From positions 51,398,001 through 51,462,000 of the forward strand of contig OX597827.1 in assembly GCA_951406725.2 (NCBI GenBank): a DNA stretch of 64,000 nucleotides, in the 5' to 3' direction. Shown here in pieces: positions 39,735 to 53,074 of the stretch; position 1 is the first letter of the stretch; each line of letters starts with the position of its first letter. The translations under genes and the position numbers were made by a program. Source of the stretch: Octopus vulgaris (taxonomy: Eukaryota). The notes beneath the pieces were generated by a model. That model was not told the origin of the DNA and made no database searches. It worked only from the letters and a program-made list of their open reading frames with translations.

Positions 39735-41305
39735 TCATCATCATCTTCATCAACATTTAATGTCTGTTGTCCATGCTGGCAGGGGTTGGACAGTTTGACT
39801 GGGCTGGCACGCTGGAAGGCTGCACCAGACTTCAGTCTAATTTGGCATGGTTTCCTCCAGCTGGATGCCCTTCCTAATGCCAACCACTCTGAGAGTGTAT
39901 CGGGTGCTTTTACGTGCCACTGGCATGGGTACCATTTGTATGACACTGGGGTGTGTTTACATACCATCAGCATGGATGCCAATTTGTGTGATGCCTGTAT
40001 CTACCACGACTGATTTTGATGGGTCTTCTTCCCAAGCATAAAATAATGCCAAAGGTCTTCGTCATTGCCTCCGTGAGGCCCAACACTTGAAAGGAATTCA
40101 GCCACTTTGCCTCTGTGAGGCCCAATGCATGAAAGGAACTCAACTACTTTGCCTCCATGAAACCCAACGTTCAAAAGATGCTCTTCACATGCCACCAGCA
40201 CAGGTGTACTTGGCTTGATGGGTCCTCTCAAGCACAGCACATCGCCAAAGGTCTGGGTCACCAGTCATTGCTTCTGTGAGGTTCAAATTTTGAAGATCAT
40301 GCTTCACCACCTTGTCCCATGTCTTCCTGGGTCTACCTCTACCACAGGTTCTCTCCACAGTTAGGGATTGGTACTTCTTTACACGGCTGTCCTCATCCAT
40401 ATGCATCACATGACCATACCAGCGCAATCGTCTCTCCTGCACACCACATCTGATGCCTCTTATGCCTAACTTTTCCCTCAAGATGCTTACACTCTGTCAA
40501 ACATGTATACTGATATTGCACATCCAGCAAAGCATACTGGCTTCATTTCTTTCAAGCCTATGCATGTCCTCAGCTGTCATAGCCCATGTTTCACCACCAT
40601 GCAGCATAGCTGTTTGCATACAGGCATCAAACAATCTGGCTTTCACTCTGTGAGAGAGGCCCTTTGTTGCCAGCAGGGGTAGGAACTCTCTGAACTTTAC
40701 CCAGCCTAATCTTATTCTTACACCTATGCTCTTGGAGCATCCCCCTCCACTACTAATGTGGTCACCTAGATAACAGAAACTATCCACTACCTCTAGCTTG
40801 CCCCACTGACAGTTGATGGAGTCTCTTTTCTGCACATTTTCAGCTTTTATTGTATCTGTGCACCTTCCACATACAAAAGTTAGTTTCCCTGTTAACCTTC
40901 TTCTGATGGTGCTGATGTTGCTGCAACTTTTATGTGTCCAAAGCTTACACTGGGTACATCTTATGGAATTTCTACCTACACCTTTTCTACAGTTTAATCA
41001 GGGCCATCTACCTGAAAGGACTGGTGATTTGTCAGCCTTCCTACTTGCTAAGACTTTGGTTTTTTCAAGGTTAACTCTAGGGCCCTTTGATTCTAAACCT
41101 TGCTTCTGTACCTTCTCTAGTTCTGGTTGTAATTCAGCTATAAGAGCAAGGTCAAAAGCATAGAGGAGCTCCCAGGGGTAGCCTGTCTTGAATTCCTGTT
41201 ATTGCCTGGAGGACTATGATGAACAAGAGGGGGCTGAGCACCAATCCTTGGTGAACCTCTCCTTGTACCCTGAATTCTTTGCTGTACTTGTTACCCACTC
41301 TCAGT
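39735..41305 (-). mobile_element. 5'-truncated RTE LINE with 3' UTR and (GAT)n tail
   Basis: LEVVDSFCYLGD...WVKFREFLPLL...MLHGGETW; ERRLRWYGHVM...GRGRPRKTW. Confidence 0.9.
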
Positions 41306-41592
41306 ATAAATATGTTTGTTTATTAGTTTTTCATTTGTTAATTTATCAAAGATCTTTTTCACAATCTCCACTGATTTCTCACTTTAGGAAAATAACCCAA
41401 TTAGATTGTAGCATTGATTGAGTTAGTTTTTCTTTTCCAGTTCTCATTATAATTCATAATTCTCTTTGACTGTTTTCCATAGATTTATCTACATTGTCCT
41501 TCCATTTTTGTTTTGTGCAATATGAATGAACATGTAAATAACAAATGTTCAATTCATCTGACTGCCAGTGACCACCATATTTGATGACTGAC

Positions 41593-41625
41593 CTATTAAA
41601 CAGGATCTTGCCATAAAGGATTTCA
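41593..41625 (-). CDS. Possible 33-nt phase-1 microexon (V)KSFMARSCLI
   Basis: CTTTTCTGTAACATTCAG acceptor, TAG|GTCAGT donor, length 3n. Confidence 0.3.
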
Positions 41626-41812
41626 CTGAATGTTACAGAAAAGGTGATTTTTATCCTTCAGGCTTTAGTTTAGTTTGAAGAAATTCAGTTTCAACATGGC
41701 AAATCACTTAAACCACTGCCCAAGTTCCAGTTAGTTAAGTGTTCTACCACAGAGACAGTCTGTTTTTCTACTTTTTCTCTGTTGACCCCCTCTCTTTCTC
41801 TCTCTTTCACTC

Positions 41813-41815
<3 letters not shown>

Positions 41816-41908
<93 letters not shown>

Positions 41909-41968
41909 TGTGTGTATGTGTGTGTGTGTGTGTATGTGTGTGTGTGTGTGTCTCTCTCTCTCTCTCTC
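41816..41968. repeat. (TG)n(TC)n microsatellite
   Basis: Direct reading. Confidence 0.95.
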
Positions 41969-41988
41969 TATTCTTACCTGCTCTCAGG

Positions 41989-42119
41989 TCAGATAAGTGG
42001 CGCAGGAGATGTGGGGTGCTGGGGACATTTTTTGCGACGGGGCACCTTATTCCTATTGTCATTGCGAATCCGAACGACGACAACCCCAGGTCTATTTTTT
42101 CTCTTTCTCACACGGAATT
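41989..42119 (-). CDS. Candidate last coding exon of the secreted-peptide gene: (E)FRVRKRKNRPGVVVVRIRNDNRNKVPRRKKCPQHPTSPAPLI*
   Basis: ATATTTTTCAG acceptor at 42120; GC/CpG-rich island in AT-rich DNA; open phase-1 frame to TGA 41991-89; CAG|GTAAGA donor at 41977. Confidence 0.6.
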
Positions 42120-42299
42120 CTGAAAAATATCATAAGCCAAGTATTCTCTCTATCTATATATATTTACAAATGTACTTTGAAAGAAAATAGTTGAAAGTAC
42201 ATTTGTAATTATAAACTGAATATAAGACAGGGTAAAAAAAATGTTAGCAATAAAAACAGTGAAAATGAGGAGGGATATGAAGGCTGGAAAGAGAGAAAG

Positions 42300-42331
<32 letters not shown>

Positions 42332-42657
42332 TGTGTGAGAATCTCTGAAAGTTTTGTTCCATTCGTGGATCTTTAATTTCTTTACTTACCATCTCTGTAG
42401 TGATTTTTATAGCTGTTCATTTCACTGAACATGGGTTATTTTCATTCTTTTGATTCAATAAATTCACATAAATTCTTCCCATAGTCACCAAGGATAAATT
42501 GTCAAATTATCATTGCTATACTTTCTCTGATGACTTTTCTCTTATACTAACGTGTTATCTTTAGTTTAAAATATTTCAAGGCCCATTTCTTTTGGATGCA
42601 GAACACTTTTCAAGCCATTTCTATATTTCTCAGAACCAGCTAGACCTGACATTTAGA

Positions 42658-43057
42658 CTTTACTCTTTTACTTGTTTCAGTCACTTGACTGCGGCCATGC
42701 TGGAACGCCGCCTTTAGTCGAGCAAATCGACCCCAGGACTTATTATTTGTAAGCCTAGTACTTATTCTATCGGTCTCTTTTGCCGAACCGCTAAGTTACG
42801 GGGACGTAAACACATCAGCATCGGTTGTCAAGCGATGTTGGGAGGACAAACACAGACACACAAACATATACATACACACATATATACATATTTACGACGG
42901 GCTTCTTTCATTTTCCGTCTACCAAATCCACTCACAAGGCTTTGGTCGGCCCGAGGCTATAGTAGAAGACACTTGCCCAAGGTACCACGCAGTGGGACTG
43001 AACCCGGAACTATGTGTTTGGTAAGCAAGCTACTTACCACACAGCCACTCCTGCGCC
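42658..43057 (-). mobile_element. SINE family A (young)
   Basis: Full-length match to the other copies. Confidence 0.9.
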
Positions 43058-43777
43058 TATTTGTTCATGCATCTTACTTCATTTCTTCTATTCGTTTCAG
43101 CTTGCATCATAAATTTAGTATTTTCATTCAGTATGATATTCAATTGCCATTTTACCTGCTGCTTCCTTCATTCAATTATTCTCCGGCTTACATCAGGTTA
43201 TCTCTTTGAATGTCTAATTCTCACTTACACTAAACATTTTCTTTACTACTGCCTAGCTGAAAAAAGTAAACTTGAACCTTATCCTTGGATAAAACAATCC
43301 ACACACATACGTGTGCGCGCACGCATGTACATAAGCAAATGTAAGCAGGGTTTGTAGTTAAGAAGCTTGCACTATGTCATGGCATCTTGGACAAGTGTCT
43401 TCTACTATAGACCCATGTCAATCAAAGACTTGTGAGTGGATTTAGTAGACAAAAGCTGAAGGAAGCCCATCACACATACACACAGGCATACATATATCCA
43501 TATACATACATACAAACATTGATACGTACATACATATATACACACACAAGCAAAGGCTAGGCAACTTAGACTAAGAAGATGGTGTGCAGCCACATGATTT
43601 CAAGTTCAATTCTACCGTGTGGTACCTTGTGAGTGAAACTGATTGATGGAAACTGTGTAGAAGCCTTTGAGAGTGTGTCTCCCTTTTTCTTCCCTCCTTT
43701 GATATATATATATATATACAGAAAAACAAAAGATGAAAACAGGTGTATAAACAACAAACAGGTGTACTAGTTTGACA

Positions 43778-43824
<47 letters not shown>

Positions 43825-44305
43825 AGAGAGAGAGAGAGAGATATAGATATAGATATAATCATCATTATCGACATTTAACATCTGTTTTCCATGCTCGCAT
43901 GGGTTTGACAGTTTGACAGGAACTGGCATGGCCAGGGTCTGCACCAGGTTCCATTGTCTGTTTTCGATTAGTTTCTACAGTTGGATGCCCTTCCTAAGGC
44001 CAATCACTTTACAGAGTGTACTGTGTGCTTTTTACATGGCACTATCACGTGAAATTAGTATCAGTAGTTTTTACATGGAAGTAAAACAATGAATAATGTC
44101 TCTATTCCTTTTTGACTTTGCAACTGAGTGCTGTGTTTTTGAAGATCTGTGGGATAAAAAATCCCTTACTTCAAAAACTGCTAAGGAAGGGCATCCAGCT
44201 ATAAAACCCCATCTCAAATACATCCCCATACAACACATGCTAGCACAAGGAAAAATAGGAGTTAAACAAATGAAATTAAATAGCATATGTATGTGTGTAC
44301 ACACA

Positions 44306-44341
<36 letters not shown>

Positions 44342-44439
44342 CACACACACACACGTGCCCACACGCATGCACATGCACACGCACACACACACACACAGTG
44401 CTACTAGTAAGCTGACCCTCACAAAATATTTTTTATCTT

Positions 44440-46132
44440 TTATTGTTTTATTATTTCAATCCAAAGTTAGAGATAATACTAGCTACAGATGCTAGCAAGT
44501 ATGGCATAGGAGCCATGCTCCGACGCAAGGATAACGATGGCAGGAGAAAGGCCATAGCTCACACATCAAGGACATTATTTCTGGTAGAGAGGCGTTGGCT
44601 ATTATATTTGGTGTGAAAAAGTTCCACAGACATTTTTGGTTGCAAACGGACCATAGAGCTCTAATAACAATATACGGATCCAAGAAAGAATCCCCACATA
44701 TATGGCAAACAGACTGCACTGGTGGAGTACCATTCTATTAAACCACCATAATAGAATGGAATATCTGCCTTCAAAACCATTGGGACATGCCGATGGTCTG
44801 TCTAGGTTAATTTAAGAAATAATGAACCACTGGAAGACACCGTAAAAGCAGAAGCTGAAACAAAAACGTAATGTAGAACATCATGTGTAAACTGCCAGTA
44901 ACTTTGGAAGAAATAAAAACAAATGCTAGAAATGACAAATTTATTGATGAAACAAAAAGAAAACTGTGGTCGACAAAAGAAATAAAGAAAGATCTGATGC
45001 AAAGAACCACCAAGAATTGAGCATGTATTCTACATGTGATGGTGTACTAATGTATGCTCAGAGGGTGGTCATACCACAGACATTACAGAAGAGAATGCTA
45101 AAAGAGTTTCATGTCGAACACCCTGGCATCTCTAGAATGAAAGTGCTGATGTGAAGTTTCATATACTGGCCAAGCATGGACAAGGAAGTTGAAAACCTGG
45201 TAAAAGGCTGCAGAGGATGTGTGCCAGCAGTGAAACTAATTACTACAAAATGTGAACCTTGGCCAGAAGTGAAAACATCATGGTCCTGATTGCATATCGA
45301 TTTTGCAGGCCTGGTAAATGGATATTATTACTTAATAGTAGACAGCTAAACAAAATGGCCTGAAGTTGTGAGGTGTAAATGACCAACCTCATTTTGGGTA
45401 ATAAACAGCTTACATGAGCTGTTTGCAAGATTTGGTGTACCTGGTATAATTGTCTCTGATAACAGAACACAGTTTGTATCCAGTTAGTTTAAAAGATTTT
45501 GCGAGATGTTCACATTAGAGCATAAACCTACATCTCCATATCACCCTACATTGAATGGAAAGGCTAAACAGTTCGTGGACACTTTTAAGAAAGCTTTAAA
45601 GAAAGCTAATAAAGAAGCCATAGATGAGGTTGAAAGCTAACAGTTCTTAAGGGTATACAGGCTAACTCTGAACTCAAATGCACCAGAAGGAAGTTCACCA
45701 GCAGAATTAATATTTGCTAGAAAGGTGAAGTCAGTATTCGATAAACTGTTACTAGTAAAGAAAAAAATACATGCTAGTAAATACATGCCAAAATTCTTTA
45801 GAATTGGTGATAAGGTATATGTAAGAATGTATAAAAATGGCAAGCAATACTGGGAAGAAGGAGAATTGTAACATACATAGAAACAATGGTTTACGGTGTA
45901 AGAAGCAGAAATGGAATGGAAAGAAGACAGAAATTAGCTTAAAGAAGGAGTCACAGAAAAGGAACCAACAAGAGTAGAAATACCGATGGATTGGCTATAT
46001 AACACTTTTTAGGTTCCAGCACTGTTACAAGAAGTTGAAACCACAAGTACAGGGGAAAGGGAGAACACTAAATTCCTAAAAGTAGACTCTAAGAAGAAAA
46101 GATATTGAGCGATGATGATGATGATGATGATG

Positions 46133-46168
<36 letters not shown>

Positions 46169-46550
46169 CTCAATATGTATATGTGTATATATATAAAGGA
46201 GGAGGTGGATGAATAAAAGAAATTGATTGTTAAATATAATAATTAAAAGAGGAGGTGTTGTATAGTGAAACTGTACACTCCTCCTAGTAAAAAGTGGTAG
46301 GAATAAGCCATTATAAATAAACCAGTAGCCAGTTGTCAAGAGAGGGTCAAGAATCAAAGAGTTGAGAGTTGACAGTTCTAGTTGGTGTCTTGTGGTGTTA
46401 TCAGTAATAGTAAGACAGTAGAAGTTAGTGTATTACTATTCCAAAACAAAGAGATACAACATTATCTGCTGATGGCTAGTAACTATTGAGGCTACTAGTG
46501 TAAAACAGCAACTACAGTACAACAGCAGTTGCACATCACACTTTACAACA
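44440..46550 (+). mobile_element. Gypsy/Ty3 LTR retrotransposon remnant (RNase H, integrase, PPT, 3' LTR 46256-46550)
   Basis: ATDASKYGIGA, ALAIIFGVKKFH, LQTDHRAL, HVEHPGISRMK..CRGC, HIDFAG, IVSDNRTQF; PPT AAAAGAGGAGG then TGTTGTA...TACAACA. Confidence 0.9.
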
Positions 46551-47260
46551 CTCATGGACACAAAATGTTGCTAGAAATTGAACTCACAACTTTATGATTG
46601 TGAGCAGAATACCCTAACCACTAAGACACATGCCTTCACAGTGAGTTAGAGTACGCATAAGCACCTATTCAGTATTTATAAGAAATAAGGTAAGAAAACT
46701 GTAAATTTTATTAATTATATATCTATATTCTGAATCCTAAGAATAAGTTGTTTTTAATCTCATAATCCAGAGATTAACAATATGTACATACTTTTGACTT
46801 CAAAGTGCTTTTATGGAACAGCCATTGGTTCTCTGGTAAAGATATAAAGTTCTTGGCTTAGACTGAACTAAGACATAAATATGTTTGTTAGCTGTACCTG
46901 AGTTCTGCACAGAAAGGTCAAGAGTCCTTGCCTGTTTCAACGTTTTAAATTTTTCCTCCTAAGAATTTTATCTATAAGTAGGAGATTCTGAAATACTTCG
47001 GGATCAAACAAATTTGCTGGAACAGGCCCCTTAAATTGGGATATATGGTAAGCTTTCTAATTCATATTCAACAATTAAATTATGATTATTTTCCACTAAA
47101 ATATTACTTTATAAATCTTTAAACAAATGGATTATTTGTCAAGAGTGCAATTGAATAGCTCATTAGATTAATAAAATGAGATTTCATCTACAATCAAAGT
47201 AAATAGAAGCAATCGAATTATATATTAAAATTATAAGAAAAGATTTTTCTTTCTACTCAC

Positions 47261-47284
47261 CAAATTTGAATTTTTTCTCAGCAG
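47261..47284 (-). CDS. 24-nt phase-1 microexon (A)AEKKFKF
   Basis: TTTTGATATTTACAG acceptor, TTG|GTGAGT donor. Confidence 0.65.
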
Positions 47285-47616
47285 CTGTAAATATCAAAAT
47301 ATAATACCATTAGTAGGTTGTGTACAAAATGTTTTTGATATTAATGTAACAAAATACAATGTAGACATTGTACTCAAATACAATATTTTAAAATTTTTTG
47401 CAAGATTATGTAATTAATATTTGATTTATCTTACATAATGTAGCTGAGCTGAAATATTTTGCAAAAAAATAAAGAATTACAATACATTTTTAACAACATA
47501 GATTAATGTCTTGTTTTAAAAGGTTTTGAAGAGTAAACATCTTTAATCACTGACACTCGTGCGGGCTAGATACTGACAAAAGTAATCAAATAAGGGTTGA
47601 ATAAATTTATTCATTC

Positions 47617-47822
47617 TAGGCACAAGGCCTTGAAAATCTTGGGGAAGGGAACTAGTTGATTACATCGACCCCAGTGTTTCACTGGTACTTAATTTATCGA
47701 CCCCCAAAAGGATGAAAGGCAAAGTTTTCTTCAGCAGAATTTGAACTCAGAACTTAAAGGCAGACAAAATACTGCTAAGCATTTTATCCCGCTTGCTAAC
47801 AATTCTGCCAACTGACTGCCTT
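47617..47822 (-). mobile_element. SINE family B
   Basis: Reverse complement of the family consensus. Confidence 0.8.
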
Positions 47823-47884
47823 AATTTATTCATTATAACGAAACTATAATTATATTTATCTTTATACAGAGCAACTTTTCACTT

Positions 47885-48099
47885 TTATCTCTTTTACTTG
47901 CTTTAGTCATTAGGCTGTGGCCATGCTGGGGCGCCACTTTGGAGAACTTTAGTCGAATGAATCGACCTGAATACGTTTTCTCTTTCTTTTAAACCTGTTA
48001 CTTATTCTATCAGCCTTATTACTGAACCACTAAGTTACAGGGATGTAGACACCAACACTGGTTGTCAGGCAGTCGTGGAAGACAAATATAGACACAAAG

Positions 48100-48130
<31 letters not shown>

Positions 48131-48260
48131 TACGCACATGTGCACATCCAACAGGCTTCTTTCAGTTTCCATCAACACCATATCCACTCACAAGGCTTTG
48201 ATTGGCCTGAAGCTATAGTAGAAGACACTTGCCCAAGGTGCCATGCAGTGGGACTGAACC
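47885..48260 (-). mobile_element. SINE family A (older, head-truncated)
   Basis: Similarity to the other copies. Confidence 0.8.
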
Positions 48261-48487
48261 TTGAATTAAAACACTTAGTTTCTGCTAGATTTTGTTATTT
48301 TATTAAATTACCAAATATGTCCTCAAATGCCTCTTGCATCCTATATATATATTTCTTAGACAAGTGAGATAAATATGATATGACACTAAAAGATGGATTT
48401 CTACGTAAATGAAGAAAATGTTTGTTGATGAAGAATTAAATGTCAGAAATTAGATGGAAAATGAAATAGTGTTTAACAAGTGCTTAC

Positions 48488-48553
48488 CTCTTTTCAGTCT
48501 GAGGGGACTAGAACCAGTAAAGTTAAAATGCACTTCAGTTTGTTGTAACTGTA
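48488..48553 (-). CDS. 66-nt phase-1 exon (V)QLQQTEVHFNFTGSSPLRLKR
   Basis: TTCAATTTTGCAG acceptor, GAG|GTAAGC donor, open frame ending in RxKR. Confidence 0.7.
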
Positions 48554-49679
48554 CTGCAAAATTGAACAAAATTTATAACTTATGCTTATAAGTTAATGAC
48601 AATACTTGTTAGTTGTTACTATTACTATCACTAATACTACCACCATGGTCATTATTACTATCATTCCATTAACTTCCAGCACTAACACTCCGTTTTACAC
48701 AGTCAGAAATATAACTTCAGACCTAAATCTGGTTTCTTATATTTCTGGGCAAAGTAAAAGCATTAAGGTTTATCAATGTTCTAAATAGCTACTCATGGAT
48801 ACAGTGCTTTAGTGTGCATTATATTATTGGTGCTAAGTAAGAAATTTTCATTATTGACTTGGGTATAATACCCTTATTGCTGAACAAGTTATTAGTAAAA
48901 TATAATTCAGTAATGTGATGAGATAGTGAGACAGGTTTCAATTAGTATGTGGACAGAGAATATCACTTCAACTTTATGGGTATGTGGACAGAACATATCA
49001 CTTCTGTTCTGTTCTTTTAATTCAAGCATAATGGATAATGGTTACTGGCTGATGTTAATTTTAGCCACTAAAACATGATCTCTGCCCTTTTCTGTATTTT
49101 AATGGAAAATTTATATTTCTGCTATTCAGGTTTCTGCAAGAGAGTTGAGTTAAGAACTCAGTATGCTGAATATGCAAGCTAGTTTGATTCCATTAGTGAG
49201 TTAAGAAAAGGTATTAATATCATGACCTTCCATTTCACCTTTCCTGTGAAGTGTAAAATCTTTGAACCTAATCAAATAAAACCAATAACATTAGCCTCAT
49301 ACTGTAGCAATGTGGTTGAATATCACACCAACTGTTTTATTGTACTTAATTTTGTCCTTTTGAATTAAGCTGTCACCAGAGCACATTTTGTCTTTCATTC
49401 TTCAGAATCATTAGAATAAGCATTGGTATTAATTCAGTCATCTGCTTCCTTCATACTATTTTTTAAAGCCATTATTGAGTTGGAATTGGAAATCACTTGA
49501 ACACTAACATTCCTATAGTGCTATTAATATACTAAAAGTATTTGAAAAGTAAATGATGAAGAGAAATTTCATAGCAAAACATATCAAAATGTATTTAAAA
49601 GTTACAATACTTCCTACATTTGTTTACATGATGATTTAATACCAAATATATTGTGTAATAATATTACATAACTACTCAC

Positions 49680-49697
49680 CAGCCTTTTGTCTCATAA
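49680..49697 (-). CDS. 18-nt phase-1 microexon (x)MRQKA
   Basis: TTTCCTTTCTTTTTTTCCAG acceptor, CTG|GTGAGT donor. Confidence 0.65.
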
Positions 49698-49936
49698 CTG
49701 GAAAAAAAGAAAGGAAAATACATTCATATATATATATATATAAAATATAATATCTGAATTAACTAGACAGCATATGTAAATAGGTAAAATGTGCATACAA
49801 AATGCCACAGGAATTGAATCTGAAACCACATGATTGTGAAGCCAAGCTTCTTAACAATACAGTGATTCCTGTACCCATACATATGCATGTGTATGTGTGT
49901 GTATTTTATATTTATATATATATATATATATATATA

Positions 49937-50208
49937 AATTAGAAAAAACCCCACCTTTAATCAATTCAAAATGAACAATTAAATTACACCATCTAGACAA
50001 TTACATATAACAGAAAAATTAAAATTAAAATTACAATAAAAAGTCAAAGTTTAAGTAAATTGCAAAAAATAATAATAAAAACGTATATAATAGGTAGAAA
50101 AACAACATATATATATCACATACTAGATTGTCTAGATGGTGTAATTGTCTAGATGATGTAATTTAATTGTTCATTTTGAATTGATTAAAGGTAGTTTTTT
50201 TCTAATTT
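49937..50208. repeat. Foldback element with ~68-bp inverted repeats, set in a (TA)n tract
   Basis: AATTAGAAAAAA..CCTTTAATCAATTCAAAATGAACAATTAAATTACA.CATCTAGACAATTACA and its reverse complement. Confidence 0.85.
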
Positions 50209-50365
50209 TTTATATATATTGTATTGTGTATATATATTATATTGTGTGAAATTTGATTTAGTATTTCTAATCTATCTATCTATCTATCTTTTCCTATGTA
50301 AGTTTATTTTATTCCTCAAATAATTTATTCCTATCTCTAAATAATATCTATTATATATCTATCTA

Positions 50366-50367
<2 letters not shown>

Positions 50368-50428
<61 letters not shown>

Positions 50429-50433
50429 ATATG

Positions 50434-50468
<35 letters not shown>
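50368..50468. repeat. (TG)n microsatellite
   Basis: Direct reading. Confidence 0.95.
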
Positions 50469-50796
50469 AGGTTTATAAACAAATTCCATTATGTGATAAA
50501 AGTACTGGAACAGTGTATACTGAACATTATTAAGTAAACTACCAGTTGACTGAATTTAAGTGTAAGTGACTGAACATTCTAAAGACAGATCCAACTTAAA
50601 CTTAATTTTCAAGGAAGAATCAGCATGATAGAGTGTGTGATAAGGTTTGGTCTTAAAATCACTGATAATCAGGCTTCAATGCTGTTTCTTTCTTCTCAAT
50701 TTCATTCACAAGGCTTGAGTTTACCTGAGGCTATGATAAAAGACACGCATGATACATTGCAGTATGACCAAACTCAAACAACTGCCATATGGTCAA

Positions 50797-51003
50797 CCCT
50801 TTAACATTTAAACCGGCCATATCTGGCCAAAATATTCTATGTTAAAACTGGCCAGATCTGGCCCCTCACACATACCCTACAATATCATTCTAAACTTTAA
50901 GTTACCTCATAAAAATCTGAAGCTGTGAGACAATGCATGATTAACTCAAAACAATGTGAATAATAAGCATTAAATCAGACATAATAATCTAAATGCTAAT
51001 GGG
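50797..51003. mobile_element. piggyBac-type MITE
   Basis: TCAA-CCCTTTAACATTTA ... TAAATGCTAATGGG-TTAA. Confidence 0.75.
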
Positions 51004-51145
51004 TTAAACTACACATAAATAAGAAGGTTTGTGGAAGGGCACTGGCAAAATATCCTCAACATGTAGAATTATAAAATTCAGATTCAATGGGAAAGAAAAC
51101 TAGGGATGCAAAGAGATGTTGAAGAAATAGAAAGGTCACATAGAT

Positions 51146-51448
51146 CAATGCTACTCAAAGTGGTGGTCCACAGACTGATGCCTGTCCGCAAGCCATCAGC
51201 TTCTGGTATGTGGCAAGTTTCCAGAAAAGAAAGAAACATTATAAAATGCTTATAAATTGCTTATGTAATGTTGTATCATTCGTTTACAAAATAAATATAA
51301 GATAAACTAAATTGCCAACTTTTATTATATTCATTATATATATTGCTTCTGGCATAAATTAATATTACTAAGAAATATCACTGGGCCCTGGCACATTGGA
51401 AAAAAATAAACTGCCAGTATGCCACATTAGATAGTTTGAGAAGCACTG
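51146..51448. mobile_element. hAT-type MITE
   Basis: CAATGCTACTCAAAGT / AGTTTGAGAAGCACTG termini; flanks ACATAGAT and ATGTAGAT fit a CpG-decayed 8-bp TSD. Confidence 0.7.
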
Positions 51449-51519
51449 ATGTAGATGACAATGATATCATAATGAGAAAGATTGATAAGAAAAGAAACAA
51501 AAAAAAATTGATAAAAATC

Positions 51520-52584
51520 AAATGGATATTGTAGTTGTGATACCCGTACCGGTGGCACATTGGGCCTCACAGAGGAAATGACGAAAGACCGAGACCTCTG
51601 AGATATTCTGTGACTGCGAAAACCCGACAAATGAAGTGAGTTCATGGCTTGCAGGACAGCCTGCTGTGCTAACCTTGGATCATAGAGTGACCCACTGTGC
51701 TTGAGGAGACCTATTGAGTCAAGTACGTCAACATCAAAATAAAAATCAAATGGAAATTGTAGTTATGATACTCTTGCCAGTGGCACGTAAAAAGCACCAT
51801 CTGAATGTAGCTGATGCCAGCGCCGCCTGACTGGCGTCTGTGTTGGTGACACGTAAAAAGCACCAACCAATCATGGCCATTTCCCAGCCTCCTCTGGCCC
51901 CTGTGCCGGTGACATGTAAAAACCACCCACTACATTCACGGAGTGGTTGGCGTTAGGAAGTGCATCCAGCTGTAGAAACACTGGCAGGTCAGACTGGAGC
52001 CTGGCACAGCCTCCTGGCTTCCCAGACCCCGGTCGAACCGTCCAACCCATGCTAGCACGGAAAACGGACGTTAAACAACGACGACGATGATGATAATGAT
52101 GATACTGCATTAAAATCAAGATTGTTAGATGACAGATTATCATCATCATTGTTGTTGCCATCATTGTCATTGTTATTGTTGTCATTATTGTTGTTGTCAT
52201 TGCCATTGTCATCGTTGTTGTTGGTAGTGTCAGAATTGGCAACGTCATATCAGTGACAGTGGCATTGTCATTTCACATCTGTTTTTCACGCTGGGATGGG
52301 TAGAACGGTTTCACAGGAACTGGCAAGTTAGGTGACTGCACCAAGCTCTGCTGTCTGTTTTGGTGTAGTTTCTATGGCTGGATGCCCTTCCTAACACCAA
52401 CCATCCAGCAGAGTGGACCGAGTGCTTTCTATGTGATATCAGAGAGGTTATATGTGACTCTCGGAGTGGTTGGCATTAGGAAGGGCATCCAGCTGTAGAA
52501 ACTCTACCAGATCAAGATTGAAGCTTGGTGCAGCCATCTGGTTCGCCAGCCCTCAGTTATTCGTCCGACCCATGCTAGTTAAAC

Positions 52585-52652
<68 letters not shown>
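51520..52652. mobile_element. Stack of RTE 3' ends/tails in both orientations with (GAT)n tracts
   Basis: Repeated GGTTGGCRTTAGGAAG.GCATCCAGC...GTTAAACGATGATGA units. Confidence 0.8.
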
Positions 52653-52653
<1 letters not shown>

Positions 52654-53074
52654 CAGAAGCAGTGAAGTCACCAAGTAATTTGCAAGACAAGACCCCTCAA
52701 CCGGTGGGGAGAAGTATTGGGGGAAAGAAAGGGTGTTTTGCATTTGAAAAAAGATATGGCTACTTCAGATAGAGAGAAAGAGAAGAAAGAAAGATAGTGA
52801 AGTTGAGACAGAGAGTGGGTAGGGACTATACTTCAAGATCATAGTGAAGAGGACCAGGGATTTGAGAAGGTGGGTTCACAAGATTTTGAAAGGCAAGTAG
52901 GAGCTAGAGGTGGGGGAAAAAGGAAAGGGTAACAGAGGCATATTTTATACAGGTAGGTGTTTATGTGAGGGAGAATGGAGGGGAAGCAGGAAACAGCAGT
53001 GGTGAGCATGGGTGCATTGTGGAGGCAGGAGGAGGCTATGGATTGTACTTTGTGTTTTCTGCATAGCATATTGC

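Noticed and set aside
42390-42425. Strong minus donor ATG|GTAAGT with a short upstream exon
   Set aside because: Available acceptors give the wrong phase for the gene model; other asymmetric candidates (36289-36335, ~47435-47448, ~49239-49267) were excluded for the same reason
46982-47047. Plus-strand 66-nt exon-like segment EILKYFGIKQICWNRPLKLGYM
   Set aside because: No partner plus-strand exons found; may be chance
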